Part shown: positions 49,133 to 61,782 of the stretch, piece after piece
Numbering within the stretch: position 1 is the first letter of the stretch
Layout: each line of letters begins with the position of its first letter
Assembly (NCBI GenBank): GCA_039194325.1
Contig: JBCCWC010000004.1
Location: 64,001-128,000, forward strand
DNA from: Myxococcota bacterium
GTDB lineage: Bacteria; Myxococcota_A; Polyangia; Nannocystales; Nannocystaceae
Direction of reading: 5' to 3'
DNA length: 64,000 nucleotides
Made by a program: the position numbers and the translations under genes
Notes under the pieces: generated by a model
Databases searched by the model: none
What the model was told of the DNA's origin: nothing
Seen by the model: the letters and a program-made list of their open reading frames with translations, nothing else

Positions 49133-49685
49133 CCCTTGTGTACCGAGGGTGGTTCGGTGGCCGAGGGCGGTCAGGGGCTCTCGGACGGGCTGTTTGGGCC
49201 GGCTTCCCGAGCGGTCTCTGCCGCTGAAGCCTCGGAGGGCGCCGGACCGGGGGCATCGGCGTCATCCGATCTCAACCGGACGATGAGCCGCCCTTCACGA
49301 TCTTGGGGACCGTCGACGAGAAGGCTGGTGAGACTCGAGGCAGGGCGATGAACCATGATCGTTGAGCGCTGTGTATTGGGCTTCCCCCGACCAAGACCAT
49401 CCTTACACTAGATCCCCGCGAGTTTTCATCGGGGCTTCACTACAATCATTACACCCCAGTGCAACCACGGGCAGGCCGAGCATGTTCATAGTGTGAGGTC
49501 GGATCGGAAGGCCAGCTTCGGTTCAGTCTCGTAAGGGAAGTGCTCATGGTCAATGATCACAGTGGTGAAACAAAGCGGACACATGCGTACCGGTCGGAAG
49601 GATCCGATCCGCTCGTGCCAGCCTGCCGGCCCCTCGGGTCGCCGATGGTCTGCATTAGCATCGAGCGCTGGTGTCGAGCAGGGGT

Positions 49686-52703
<3,018 letters not shown>

Positions 52704-52767
52704 CTCGGTCCGGCCTCGATCTTTTTCGCGCTTGAACCCCCGCGGCTGGGCTGGATATCGTGGCGGC

Positions 52768-54255
52768 GTGGAGGAGGACGCCAGCGGTCGCCACGCCCGC
52801 GGGCTGCTGCCGGGCACCCGCATGGGTCGCTACACGCTGCTTCACCGGCTGGCAGCGGGAGGGATGGCCGAGCTCTACGTGGCTCGACAAGGCGGGATCG
52901 AGGGCTTCGAGAAGATCGTGGCCCTCAAGCGGGTGCTGCCTCATCTGGCCGAGGACCCCCAGTTCGTCAAGATGTTCCTCGACGAGGCCCGCTTTGCTGC
53001 CTCGCTCGATCACCCCAACATCGCGCACGTCACCGACATCGGCGAGGAAAACGGCGAGTACTTCTTCGCCATGGAGTACGTGCACGGAGCCAATCTCCTC
53101 GACGTGCTCCGCCGCAGCGATCACGTACCGCTGCCTCGCGACTGTGCGCTGGCTATCGTGGTGGGCGTGGCGGCGGCGCTGCACCATGCTCACGAACAGC
53201 TCGGACCCGACGGGCGCCCGCTGGGGTTGGTGCATCGCGATGTCTCCCCCAGCAACGTGCTGATCTCCCACAACGGCGCGGTCAAGCTGACCGACTTCGG
53301 CATCGCCCGAGCCGCGGCCCGCACCTCGGTCACCCAGGGCCAGACCAAGGGCAAGGCCGGCTACATGTCTCCCGAGCAGTGCCGCGGCGACCGACTCGAC
53401 CGGCGCAGCGACGTGTTCGCCCTGGGGATCCTGCTATATGAGGTCACCACCGGGGTCCGGGCCTTCTATGCACCCAACGACTACGCGATCCTGGGTCGTA
53501 TCGCGCGCGCCGACTATATCCCGCCCATCGAGATCGACCCCAGCTACCCCGAGGGGCTCACGCGGATCGTGCAGCGAGCCCTGGCCAAGGAGCCCGAGGG
53601 TCGCTACCCCACCGCCGAAGCCCTGCAGATCGAGGTGGAGGAGCTGGCCCGGGTCGAGGGGCTACGCCTGTCGACCGTGGAGCTCAGCCGGCACATGAAG
53701 GCGCTCTTTGGGTCGCCGGCCCATCCGCACACCGACCTGGGTGCGTTGCCACCGGTCGAGCCCGAGCCGCCCTCCGAGCGGTCTTCCAGCGAACCGCCGG
53801 ACCCGCCCGTCGTCGTGACCGCCCGCTTGCCGTGGATGCTGGCCGGCGCCGGGCTGGCGACCGCCGTGGCGACCGCAATCTCGCTGTGGCCGCGCGAGCC
53901 CGAGCCGGCTGGCCGTGCGGGGGGCCCGACGCCGGTGACCGCACCGGTCGAACACGAGGACGCCGTCATGGCCGGCCCCTCGACGCTACCGCAGGCGATG
54001 ACCGCGAGCGACCCCAAAACGACCGACGAGCGCGCGGCCGGCCGAGAATCTGAGCCCGAGTCACCGGATTCTACAGAGGTGGCGGGGGCAAACACGGCGG
54101 CCGAGACGGCGCCGACCACCGAGACCGAGACCGCCCCCGAGGCAGAGCGCACTCCTGCGCGGCGGTCCAAAAAGAAGAAGCGCCGTAAGAACAACAAGGC
54201 CACAAAGAACACGGACGATCGCAATTCCCTCTACCCTCCGGGAATGCGCCCATGA
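52768..54255 (+). CDS. Ser/Thr protein kinase, membrane-anchored
   Basis: LAAGGMAELY, VALK, HRDVSPSN, DFGIA, GKAGYMSPE. Confidence 0.92.
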   Translation: MEEDASGRHARGLLPGTRMGRYTLLHRLAAGGMAELYVARQGGIEGFEKIVALKRVLPHLAEDPQFVKMFLDEARFAASLDHPNIAHVTDIGEENGEYFFAMEYVHGANLLDVLRRSDHVPLPRDCALAIVVGVAAALHHAHEQLGPDGRPLGLVHRDVSPSNVLISHNGAVKLTDFGIARAAARTSVTQGQTKGKAGYMSPEQCRGDRLDRRSDVFALGILLYEVTTGVRAFYAPNDYAILGRIARADYIPPIEIDPSYPEGLTRIVQRALAKEPEGRYPTAEALQIEVEELARVEGLRLSTVELSRHMKALFGSPAHPHTDLGALPPVEPEPPSERSSSEPPDPPVVVTARLPWMLAGAGLATAVATAISLWPREPEPAGRAGGPTPVTAPVEHEDAVMAGPSTLPQAMTASDPKTTDERAAGRESEPESPDSTEVAGANTAAETAPTTETETAPEAERTPARRSKKKKRRKNNKATKNTDDRNSLYPPGMRP

Positions 54256-55016
54256 ACGCCTCATTGCTCGTCGCCCTGCTCGCGCTGGCGGCTCCACAAA
54301 AAGGGGAGCCCAAGGGAGAGGCGGCCCGGCAAGCCGAGGCCGCCTTCGAAGCGGGCGACTACAAGACCGCGATCTCGGCCGCTCGCCAGGCCTACATCGA
54401 CGAAGGCGACCCGGTCTATCTGTATGTGCAGGCCCAGGCCGAGCGCTTTGGCGGGCGATGCGACGAGGCTATCGTCCACTACCGCGAGTTCGTCCAGGCG
54501 GTACCGCAGGGGCCGGCGGCCAACGCGGCGCGAGACAACATCACCGAGTGCGAGCAAGCCTTGGCCAAGGCCGAGACCGCCTCGGCATCGGAGCCCGATC
54601 CGGTCGCTCCGCTCGGTCCCTTGGAGCCCGATGCATCGAGCGCCGAGGATCCATCCACCAAGGCATCCTCGGAGTCGGAGTCGGAGTCGGGGCCGAGCGA
54701 TCGAGACCGCAGCTGGATCCGCGACCCCTGGGGCGGCGCGCTGGTCGGCGTGGGTGTGGTCGCCCTCGCGGTGGGTGGGGGCTTCTACGGTCAGGCACGC
54801 CGCGACGCTCGCGAGGCCCGAGCCGCCGACAACGTGGTGACCTACGGCGAGCAGATCGACCGCGCCATCGTGCTCAGCCGGGCGGGGATCCCCGTGATGG
54901 CGGCGGGTGGCGCCCTGGTGGTCGCCGGGGTCGTGCGATGGATCGTGGTGGCTCGTCGGGGCGCGACCGCCGAGCGGCTCACGCTACGACCTGGCGGGTT
55001 CGAACTGCGCTTTTGA
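54252..55016 (+). CDS. Secreted TPR protein with C-terminal hydrophobic segments (kinase partner)
   Basis: Signal peptide and TPR-like helices; ATGA overlap with the kinase. Confidence 0.7.
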   Translation: MNASLLVALLALAAPQKGEPKGEAARQAEAAFEAGDYKTAISAARQAYIDEGDPVYLYVQAQAERFGGRCDEAIVHYREFVQAVPQGPAANAARDNITECEQALAKAETASASEPDPVAPLGPLEPDASSAEDPSTKASSESESESGPSDRDRSWIRDPWGGALVGVGVVALAVGGGFYGQARRDAREARAADNVVTYGEQIDRAIVLSRAGIPVMAAGGALVVAGVVRWIVVARRGATAERLTLRPGGFELRF

Positions 55017-55067
55017 GTCCTACGTAGATCCATCCCGACCACGAACGAGGGGCGCAGGGCAATCTGC

Positions 55068-55706
55068 TTATGCGCGTTCCTCAGTCCTCTTCGCGTTAGC
55101 ATCCGCCGTCAGCGGCCCCAGCGAGCGCTGCCAGCCCTCGAGGTCGGCGACCAGCGCGTCGCGGATCCGGCCGGGGCGGGTCATGTCGACCACGTACTGC
55201 CGCACCAGCTGCCGCGCCCGATGCAGCCGGCTGGTGATCGTGCTGACGTTGGCCTCGAGCACCGCAGCGATCCCGGCGGTGGGCATCGATTCCCAGTAGT
55301 AAAGCTCGACCACGATCTGCAGATCGGTGGGCAGCTGCGACAAGGCCATCAGCAACACCTGATGCTCCTCGCGTCGCGCCGCCACCACGCTCAGTGAGGT
55401 CGCCACCGAGGGCGTGTTACTGCCCGCAAAGCGCATCGCCTGGTCGTGGCGCCCCTGCTTACGCAGCACCCGAAGCAGCTGGAGCCGGGCGATCCCAAAC
55501 AAGTACGCCTTGAAGCCCGCCTCGGCCCGATAGCGCTCCACCCCCTCGACCGCGGCCAAAAAGGTCTGCTGAGTGAGATCCTCGGCGAGGTGGGTGACCT
55601 TGAGGTCGAAGAAGCGACGCACGCTGGCGTAGTGGCGCTGCGTCAGAACGTTGGCCGCGGCCGCATTGCCAGCGCGCCAGGCCAGCAGCAGATCGATGTC
55701 GCTCAC
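55068..55706 (-). CDS. ECF-type RNA polymerase sigma factor
   Basis: DLLLAWRAG..A..L..RHY..VRRFF..AEDLTQQTF..FKAYLFGIAR; region 4 LP..LQIVVELYYWE..IA..L..TITSRLHRAR. Confidence 0.88.
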   Translation of the reverse strand: MSDIDLLLAWRAGNAAAANVLTQRHYASVRRFFDLKVTHLAEDLTQQTFLAAVEGVERYRAEAGFKAYLFGIARLQLLRVLRKQGRHDQAMRFAGSNTPSVATSLSVVAARREEHQVLLMALSQLPTDLQIVVELYYWESMPTAGIAAVLEANVSTITSRLHRARQLVRQYVVDMTRPGRIRDALVADLEGWQRSLGPLTADANAKRTEERA

Positions 55707-55776
55707 GTCGGCCGAGGGATCCAAGGGCGGCGGCAGGCTACCACGACCCCCGCCCCCGCCACGGGCACCGACCCCG

Positions 55777-56604
55777 TCAGTCGGGGTGCGGCGCCTCGCA
55801 AAAGCCGGCGCGGCTGTTGGTGCAGTTGAAGATGCTCCACTCGCCCTGGGTGTTGATGCCCCCGCAATTCGCATCGAGGTTGTCGCCCGGCGGCGTCCCT
55901 CCTGACCAGTTGGTGTAGCGAAGCGGCGCGCCGTCGACCCAGGTGTAGACCCCCTCGTCGCCGATGTCGTTGATACCGATCCAGTTGGCGCCGCTTAGGG
56001 TCCGCAGCGCCAAGAACAGGTTCTCGTCGGCGCTTTGGATGCTGGCCAGGTTGGCGCCAAAGCTCTCGCAGACCGGCTGCACGTCGGTCCAGCGGCCGTT
56101 GCTGCACCGCCAGTAGGCGCTCCCCTCGTGCTGGAACAGATCGCAGTCGTTGCACTGCTCGTTGATCTCCGACCACTCGTCCACGAGCCCGTCGCCGTCG
56201 TTGTCGATCCCGTCGCATTCCTCCGGGTCGACCGGGATCGGATCACCCGACGAGCTCGATCCCCCAGAACCCGAACCCGCGGTGCTCGACCCCTCGGAAC
56301 TCGATCCCTCGGAACTCGATCCCTCGGTGCTCGACGACGGCTCGTCGGTGGGCATGGTGCACGTACTGGCCAGCGGCTCCGATGCAAAGCGCGAGAACCT
56401 CAGGCCCGACGGGCATCCCTCGTCCGGGTGAGCGCAAAACCCTGGCTCGACGCAGCGCCCCGGCTGACCCAGGCCCATACACTGCTCGTCGTCCTCGCAC
56501 GCGAAGGGCTCGGCCTGAATGCAGGCTGCCGTCGCCAGCCCCACACACGCACCGAACGCGAGACGGAACGCGAAACGGAACACGAAACAAACGAGCACGG
56601 CCAT
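55777..56604 (-). CDS. Lipoprotein with a C-type lectin domain
   Basis: Lipobox ATAAC and a Cys-rich N-domain. One ECDGIDNDGDGLVDE repeat. CTLD motifs LASI.S..EN, WIG.ND..EG.YTW.DG..YTNW..P, C..W..C..FCE. Confidence 0.82.
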   Translation of the reverse strand: MAVLVCFVFRFAFRLAFGACVGLATAACIQAEPFACEDDEQCMGLGQPGRCVEPGFCAHPDEGCPSGLRFSRFASEPLASTCTMPTDEPSSSTEGSSSEGSSSEGSSTAGSGSGGSSSSGDPIPVDPEECDGIDNDGDGLVDEWSEINEQCNDCDLFQHEGSAYWRCSNGRWTDVQPVCESFGANLASIQSADENLFLALRTLSGANWIGINDIGDEGVYTWVDGAPLRYTNWSGGTPPGDNLDANCGGINTQGEWSIFNCTNSRAGFCEAPHPD

Positions 56605-56621
56605 GGGCCCGTGGATCGCGC

Positions 56622-57467
56622 TCAGTCCTCCACGACCATGTAGATGTTGTACTGGTAATCCATCGCGACCATCTCGTCGTCCATGACGGGAGGGAAGCCT
56701 TCGTCGAACGGAACATTATTGCGCAGGGCCCGGACGGCGTTCAGCTCCCCGGTGAGCCCGCGGCGGATCGGCGTGGACGCTCCGGTATGAAGCATCACCC
56801 AGTAGATGCCCTCATTGATGGGCGTGGCCCCCACCTCCCACTCGTTGGGCCCATCGGTATAGAGCTCCACCGGGCTGCCCGTCTCCGCCAGCAGGTTGGC
56901 CGGCCCCGAGCCGTCGTCGTCATAGAGCGCCAGGCGGATGTCCGTGCCTCCTCCCCAGGCGTTGACTCCCAGGCGTCGCACCACGCGGGGCTGGAGCACC
57001 TCGTAGGGGTGACCCAGCTGGAACCCCGCGAGGATCGAGGCCTCGAACGGCAGCGGTGTGTCGGCGCCGATCGGGATCCCGCAGTAGGTCTGCTGTTCGG
57101 AGCACGTAGCCTCGGGGTTGCTGCACTCGCCACAGTTGCACATGCCCTCCATGCCACATACGAGCATCGCGCACGCCTCGATGCAGGGATCGACCGGCCC
57201 CGTCGAGGTCGAGTCGGCGCTCTCGTCCGAGGTCGTGGCGTCGGCCGTGGTGTCCAGTGACATCGTCGTGGTACCGGCGGTCATCGAACCTATGGTGGCC
57301 GCCATGCCGGTCGAGGACTCCATGACCGACGTCATGGAGCCGCCGATGGTGGCCGTGGAATCCCCGCTGCCCGAGGGCACGGCCGGTGGGATCGAGTCCT
57401 CGAAGATGCATCCCCCCAGCAGCCAGACCGACCCCAGACACCCAAGCAAGATCGAACGCGTAGTCAT
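56622..57467 (-). CDS. Hypothetical lipoprotein with a Ser/Thr-rich linker
   Basis: Lipobox LLGGC; high-GC3 frame. Confidence 0.65.
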   Translation of the reverse strand: MTTRSILLGCLGSVWLLGGCIFEDSIPPAVPSGSGDSTATIGGSMTSVMESSTGMAATIGSMTAGTTTMSLDTTADATTSDESADSTSTGPVDPCIEACAMLVCGMEGMCNCGECSNPEATCSEQQTYCGIPIGADTPLPFEASILAGFQLGHPYEVLQPRVVRRLGVNAWGGGTDIRLALYDDDGSGPANLLAETGSPVELYTDGPNEWEVGATPINEGIYWVMLHTGASTPIRRGLTGELNAVRALRNNVPFDEGFPPVMDDEMVAMDYQYNIYMVVED

Positions 57468-57596
57468 GAGACGCCCAAGCTTACCCGGCATGAGCCCGGC
57501 CAGCGGCCCGATCATCGGGAAACCACGCCGCGCTCCCGCACAGCCGCGCACGGCGGCGAGTACGGCCAGATCCGCCCCCAGAGGCCAGCTCGAGGG

Positions 57597-57686
57597 CCGC
57601 ACGGCGCAGCCTGGACCGCACGGCGCAGCCTGGACCGCACGGCGCAGCCTGGACCGCACGGCGCAGCCTGGGCCGCACGGCGCAGC
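57597..57686. repeat. Intergenic 19-bp tandem repeat, about 4.7 copies
   Basis: ccgcacggcgcagcctgga repeated head to tail with no spacers. Confidence 0.92.
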
Positions 57687-57695
57687 GAGAGTAAC

Positions 57696-58601
57696 TCACA
57701 CCACGACGTCGAGCACGCTCGGTAGCGTCTCCAGCGCCCGAGGCACCACCCGAAGCGCCTCGCCGTCGACCATCACGTCGATCTCTTCGTCGATCGCCAG
57801 CTCCACACCAGACGCCTGGGCGATTGTGACCGCAGGGTGCTCGACGTGCGTGCCCTTGAAGATCTTGGGGAACGTCGCCAGCAGGCTCAGCCGCCCCATC
57901 TGACCCGCCAGCACCACCGCGATCTTGCCGTCGTCGGTGGCGGCGTGCGGCGCCATCATCATCTTGCCGCCGGTGAACTTGCTGTTGTTGAACGAGGCGA
58001 ACACCAGCGGCTGCTCGTCGCGCTCGCCCCCGTCTAGGCGCATGGGCTGGGGCTGAGCCCGGAGCCCCGCCACCGCGGTGACCACCGCGAGCACATAGCC
58101 AAACTCGCCCCAGCGCTTGAAGCGACGCGCCCGTAGCCCGTTGACGTCGGCCACGAACCCGATCGACAAGATGTTGATGTAGTGGAGCTCGCCGCTGGCG
58201 TGCTCGAGGCGGATCACGTCGCAGGGGCGGCGAGCGCCGGAGGCCAGCGCCTCGATCGTGTGCTCGGCCCCGCGATCGGTGAAGTCGCGAAGAAAGGAGT
58301 TACCCGTGCCCAGCGGCAAGAACCCGAGCACCGGCCGCTCCCCTTGGTCCGAGGCCCGCGGAAACAAGCCGTTGATCACCTCGTAGCTCGTCCCGTCGCC
58401 ACCGACCGCGATGAAGTGGCGTCGACCCTCGTCCCAGGCCGCGCGCACCAGCCCGACCCCCTCGCCCGGCGCCGAGGTCTGCACGGTGTCGACCTTCACC
58501 CCCGCCTGCCGAAGGCGCTCGAGCACCGCCGGGAACCGCTTGCCACAGCGACCTCCACCCGCAGCGGGGTTGATCACGGCGAGGAACTCATCGTCGGCCA
58601 T
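57696..58601 (-). CDS. Diacylglycerol/lipid kinase family (YegS/BmrU)
   Basis: INPAAGGG; VGGDGT..EVING; LPLGTGNSF; DGE. Confidence 0.92.
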   Translation of the reverse strand: MADDEFLAVINPAAGGGRCGKRFPAVLERLRQAGVKVDTVQTSAPGEGVGLVRAAWDEGRRHFIAVGGDGTSYEVINGLFPRASDQGERPVLGFLPLGTGNSFLRDFTDRGAEHTIEALASGARRPCDVIRLEHASGELHYINILSIGFVADVNGLRARRFKRWGEFGYVLAVVTAVAGLRAQPQPMRLDGGERDEQPLVFASFNNSKFTGGKMMMAPHAATDDGKIAVVLAGQMGRLSLLATFPKIFKGTHVEHPAVTIAQASGVELAIDEEIDVMVDGEALRVVPRALETLPSVLDVVV

Positions 58602-58719
58602 GGCGGGGCGCAGTCTACTGAGGTCCGCCACCGTGCGACCAGCGCCCTGGCGCCAAATACGCGCCTCTTGGCGCCGCTGAACGACGTTAATCCGTGGTCA
58701 TCGCCGCAATGGCTGCTAT

Positions 58720-58746
58720 AGTGAACATGTTCACTGAACACATTCA
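58720..58746. promoter_or_regulatory. Probable TetR operator: perfect 16-bp palindrome plus an adjacent imperfect copy
   Basis: AGTGAACATGTTCACT (58720-58735) then TGAACACATTCA, immediately upstream of the tetR ATG at 58756. Confidence 0.7.
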
Positions 58747-58755
58747 CTCAGACCA

Positions 58756-59358
58756 ATGTCCCGCGACGAGCAAAAGCGACGAACCCGTGAGCGCCTGCTG
58801 CAAGTCGCCCGCGCCAGCTTCGAGCAACGGGGCTTTGAGGGCACCACGATGCGCATGGTGGCCGACGAGGCCGGGGTCGCGGTGGGTACGGTCTTCGTGC
58901 ACTTCGAGGACAAGCGCGACCTCTTGTGCTCCGCCCTGTTCGACGATCTCGAGCACGTCCTCGACGCTGCGCTTCGCGAGGCGGCCGGGGGCTCGGTGCG
59001 CGCTCGCCTGCACCACCTCACCGCCGCGCTTTTTTGCCACTACGAGGCCCGACCCGAGCTGTCGCGCATGCTCCTTCGAGAGTCGCTACTGACCACCGGC
59101 CCCTGGCGCTCGCGTTTCGCCGGGCAGGTGCAGCGCGTGCACGAGGTCGTGGCCGGGTGGCTGGCGCAGGCCCGCGAGCGGCAAGAGCTGCGTCCGTCGG
59201 TCGACCCGGCCCTGGGTGCTGTCGCCTATCTCTCTTTTTACTACTTCGCCCTCATCGGCTGGATCCAAGGCCAGCCTCTGGACACCGTAGGGCTGGTCGA
59301 CCGACTCCTCGGCCAGCACTTCGACCAACCCCAACGCTCCGTCAAAGGCCCATCATGA
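58756..59358 (+). CDS. TetR/AcrR family transcriptional regulator
   Basis: TRERLLQVA...F...GFEGTTMRMVADEAGVAVGTVFVHFEDKRDL. Confidence 0.92.
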   Translation: MSRDEQKRRTRERLLQVARASFEQRGFEGTTMRMVADEAGVAVGTVFVHFEDKRDLLCSALFDDLEHVLDAALREAAGGSVRARLHHLTAALFCHYEARPELSRMLLRESLLTTGPWRSRFAGQVQRVHEVVAGWLAQARERQELRPSVDPALGAVAYLSFYYFALIGWIQGQPLDTVGLVDRLLGQHFDQPQRSVKGPS

Positions 59359-60254
59359 CTGGATCGACCGGCATCTTCCGCAACCAGAGCGCGCGTGAGT
59401 GCATGCAGCAGTGGTACGACCGCTTCTTGGACCGGCTGCCTCCGCCGGCCGCGCGCACCACGATCGACACGCGCTGCGGATCCACCCATGTGCTCGTCTA
59501 CGGCCCCCCCGACGCACCGCCCTTGTTGTGCCTGCACGGGGCGGTGGCCGGAGCTCCGCATGCGCTCTACGAGGTGCGAGGGTTGCTCGACCGCTACCGG
59601 GTGTACGCCCCGGACATCGTGGGCCAGTCGGTGGCCAGCGCCGAGGTGCGCCCCCGTTTTGATGCCGAAGGGTTCGGCGGCTGGGCACAAGACGTAGTGC
59701 GAGGCCTGGGGCTGTCGCGAACCCACGTGATGGGGGTGAGCTGGGGCGGCTCGGTCGCGCTGCAGCTGGCGGTGCATGCCCCCGCGCTGGTCGATCGCCT
59801 CGTGCTGCTGGTCTCGGCCGGGCTGGTCGCCGGCTCTCCCTGGCAAGCGTTGGTCAAGGTGGGCTGGCCCATGCTGCGCTGGCGACTGAGGCCCACTCGC
59901 GAGCACCTGGAGGCGCTGCTCAGCGCCAACCTCACCACCCTCGATCCCATGTGGGTCGGGTTCATGGGCGACGCCTTTCGCTCGGTGAAGATGGACTTCT
60001 CCGCCCCCCCGCTGGTCGGCGACGACGATCTGCGAGGGTTCGATCGCCCCACCATGCTCATCGCGGCCGAGCACGATCTGTCGTTTCCCGCCAAGGCCAT
60101 GCTCACGCGTGCGTCCGCGCTGTTCCCCAACCTGGTGCAGACGCACGTGATCGAGGGCAGCAAGCACTGCCCGCCCTTCGAGGACGAGTTTCGGGGCTGG
60201 CTGTGCGAACGGATCCAGTGCTTCCTCGATCGAGAGCTGAGCGCGGCCGCCTGA
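59355..60254 (+). CDS. Alpha/beta fold hydrolase
   Basis: LHG; PDIVGQ; GVSWGG nucleophile elbow; ATGA overlap with tetR. Confidence 0.88.
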   Translation: MTGSTGIFRNQSARECMQQWYDRFLDRLPPPAARTTIDTRCGSTHVLVYGPPDAPPLLCLHGAVAGAPHALYEVRGLLDRYRVYAPDIVGQSVASAEVRPRFDAEGFGGWAQDVVRGLGLSRTHVMGVSWGGSVALQLAVHAPALVDRLVLLVSAGLVAGSPWQALVKVGWPMLRWRLRPTREHLEALLSANLTTLDPMWVGFMGDAFRSVKMDFSAPPLVGDDDLRGFDRPTMLIAAEHDLSFPAKAMLTRASALFPNLVQTHVIEGSKHCPPFEDEFRGWLCERIQCFLDRELSAAA

Positions 60255-60372
60255 GCCGGCCAGGTCGCGACGCGTCGCGAAGAGCAGACGCGGCGCGGGC
60301 TGGCTTGCGCGAGGAGCAAGACGGCCACCGGTGGCCACCACGAACGACGAGCTGTGGCACACTGGCGAGGAA

Positions 60373-61782
60373 ATGGCTCGCCCGAGCAAGGAACTCTTTG
60401 ACTGGTGGCGCCCCAAGCTCAAGGCGCTCGACCCGTGGCGAGAGGTCCAAGACGACGAGATCCAGCAGCTCTACGCAGAGCGTGAGGGCGCGGTGTATAG
60501 CGATCTGGCGGCCGAGCTGGGATTGGCCGCCGAGCGCCCTGCCGACGTGAAGGTCATCTTGTGCGGAGCGCGAGGATCGGGCAAGACCACCGAGCTTGCC
60601 CGCCTGGCCCACGACGTCAAGCAGGACTTTTGCGTCGTGCAGACCGACCTCGCCACCGGGCTCCAGGACGGCGCCAATACGCTGGCGGTCGTCACGTTGC
60701 TCGGGGTCGCCGCCCTGCATGCCACCAAGGTCTGGTCCGCCCCCGATACCGCTCTGGTCAAGCTGCTCGAAGAGCCCGACAACGCCGTCAAGCGCGGGGC
60801 CACTGTGCTCGACAAGGCGCTGGGTCGCTTCCGGGACGCGGTGCCCTCGGTCACCAAGCTCCTCGAGAGCATCTCGTCCATCGTGACTCTGTTCGACCCC
60901 ACGACCGGAGCAGGGCTGGCTACCGCCGCTCACGGGGTCGCCACCGCCGGCTCGGCCGTCAGCACCGCATCCCGGCTGCGACTCGATCTGACCCGGGGAC
61001 CCCTCGAAGGCCGATTGCCGCCCGATCAGCACGAAGACGCCCAGGCCGTCGTGGAGGCGGTCAACGGGATCCTCCACGAGCTGGAGCTCCTGGCCGGGCG
61101 CCCTCCCCTCCTACTCGCCGATGGCCTGGACAAACGCCTCAAGCTCGACGAGGTGGCGCTCGCCCTCGACGACGAGCGCCTGCTTCGCGATCTCCAGGCG
61201 CCGCTCGTGCTCACGGGCCCGGTCAACCTCCGCCACGATCCTCGCTTTCGCGCGGTGCCGGGCAACCTGCGGCTGGCGCTGCTCTACAACGTGCCGATCA
61301 TGCGGCGGGCCAAGAGCCCCAAGGGCGCGGGCAGCAACGACGCGCAGGTAAGCCCCGAAGGAGTGGAGGTTCTGCACGACCTCTATCGCCGCCGCCAGGC
61401 CGGGGCCGATCTCCCCGAGGAGCTCTTTGGCGACGACCTCATCGAGCTCGCCGCCAACAATTGCGCCGGGATCATGCGTGACTTTCTGTGGCTGCTGCAC
61501 GAAGCGGGCAAGACCGCCCTGATCCGCAGCGCTCGCCGCGTCGAACAGCAAGACCTCCACGCGGCGATGAAGAAGCGACGCCTGGAGCTCGAGGGCTATC
61601 TCGATGAAGATGCCCTGACGATCCTCAAGCGAGTGCTCGACAAAGGCACACTACCCGGCTCACCCGAGGCCGACACGCTGCTCTTCGAGAACTTCATCGC
61701 GTGCTACCACAACGGCGACATATGGTTTCGGCCGCATGAGCTCATCGTCGAGTTCGTACGGCATAAGCGATCCGACGGATGA
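60373..61782 (+). CDS. P-loop ATPase (AAA+/STAND-associated)
   Basis: Walker A GARGSGKTTEL; Walker B LLLADGLDK; AGIMRDFL; C-terminal Y.NG..W..PH. ATG 60373 follows GAGG (alternative GTG 60331). Confidence 0.78.
   Translation: MARPSKELFDWWRPKLKALDPWREVQDDEIQQLYAEREGAVYSDLAAELGLAAERPADVKVILCGARGSGKTTELARLAHDVKQDFCVVQTDLATGLQDGANTLAVVTLLGVAALHATKVWSAPDTALVKLLEEPDNAVKRGATVLDKALGRFRDAVPSVTKLLESISSIVTLFDPTTGAGLATAAHGVATAGSAVSTASRLRLDLTRGPLEGRLPPDQHEDAQAVVEAVNGILHELELLAGRPPLLLADGLDKRLKLDEVALALDDERLLRDLQAPLVLTGPVNLRHDPRFRAVPGNLRLALLYNVPIMRRAKSPKGAGSNDAQVSPEGVEVLHDLYRRRQAGADLPEELFGDDLIELAANNCAGIMRDFLWLLHEAGKTALIRSARRVEQQDLHAAMKKRRLELEGYLDEDALTILKRVLDKGTLPGSPEADTLLFENFIACYHNGDIWFRPHELIVEFVRHKRSDG

Noticed and set aside
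49171..49356. Small minus-strand ORF in the 49.1-49.7 kb gap
   Set aside because: 61 aa, low complexity, no clear RBS or motif; I cannot support it.
57597..57686. Possible CRISPR array (also considered for 49018-49132)
   Set aside because: Units are head to tail or separated by only 7 bp, with no unique spacers and no cas genes.
60265..60280. Perfect 16-bp palindrome TCGCGACGCGTCGCGA after the hydrolase
   Set aside because: It is CG-rich with no U-tract, and could arise by chance at this GC content.
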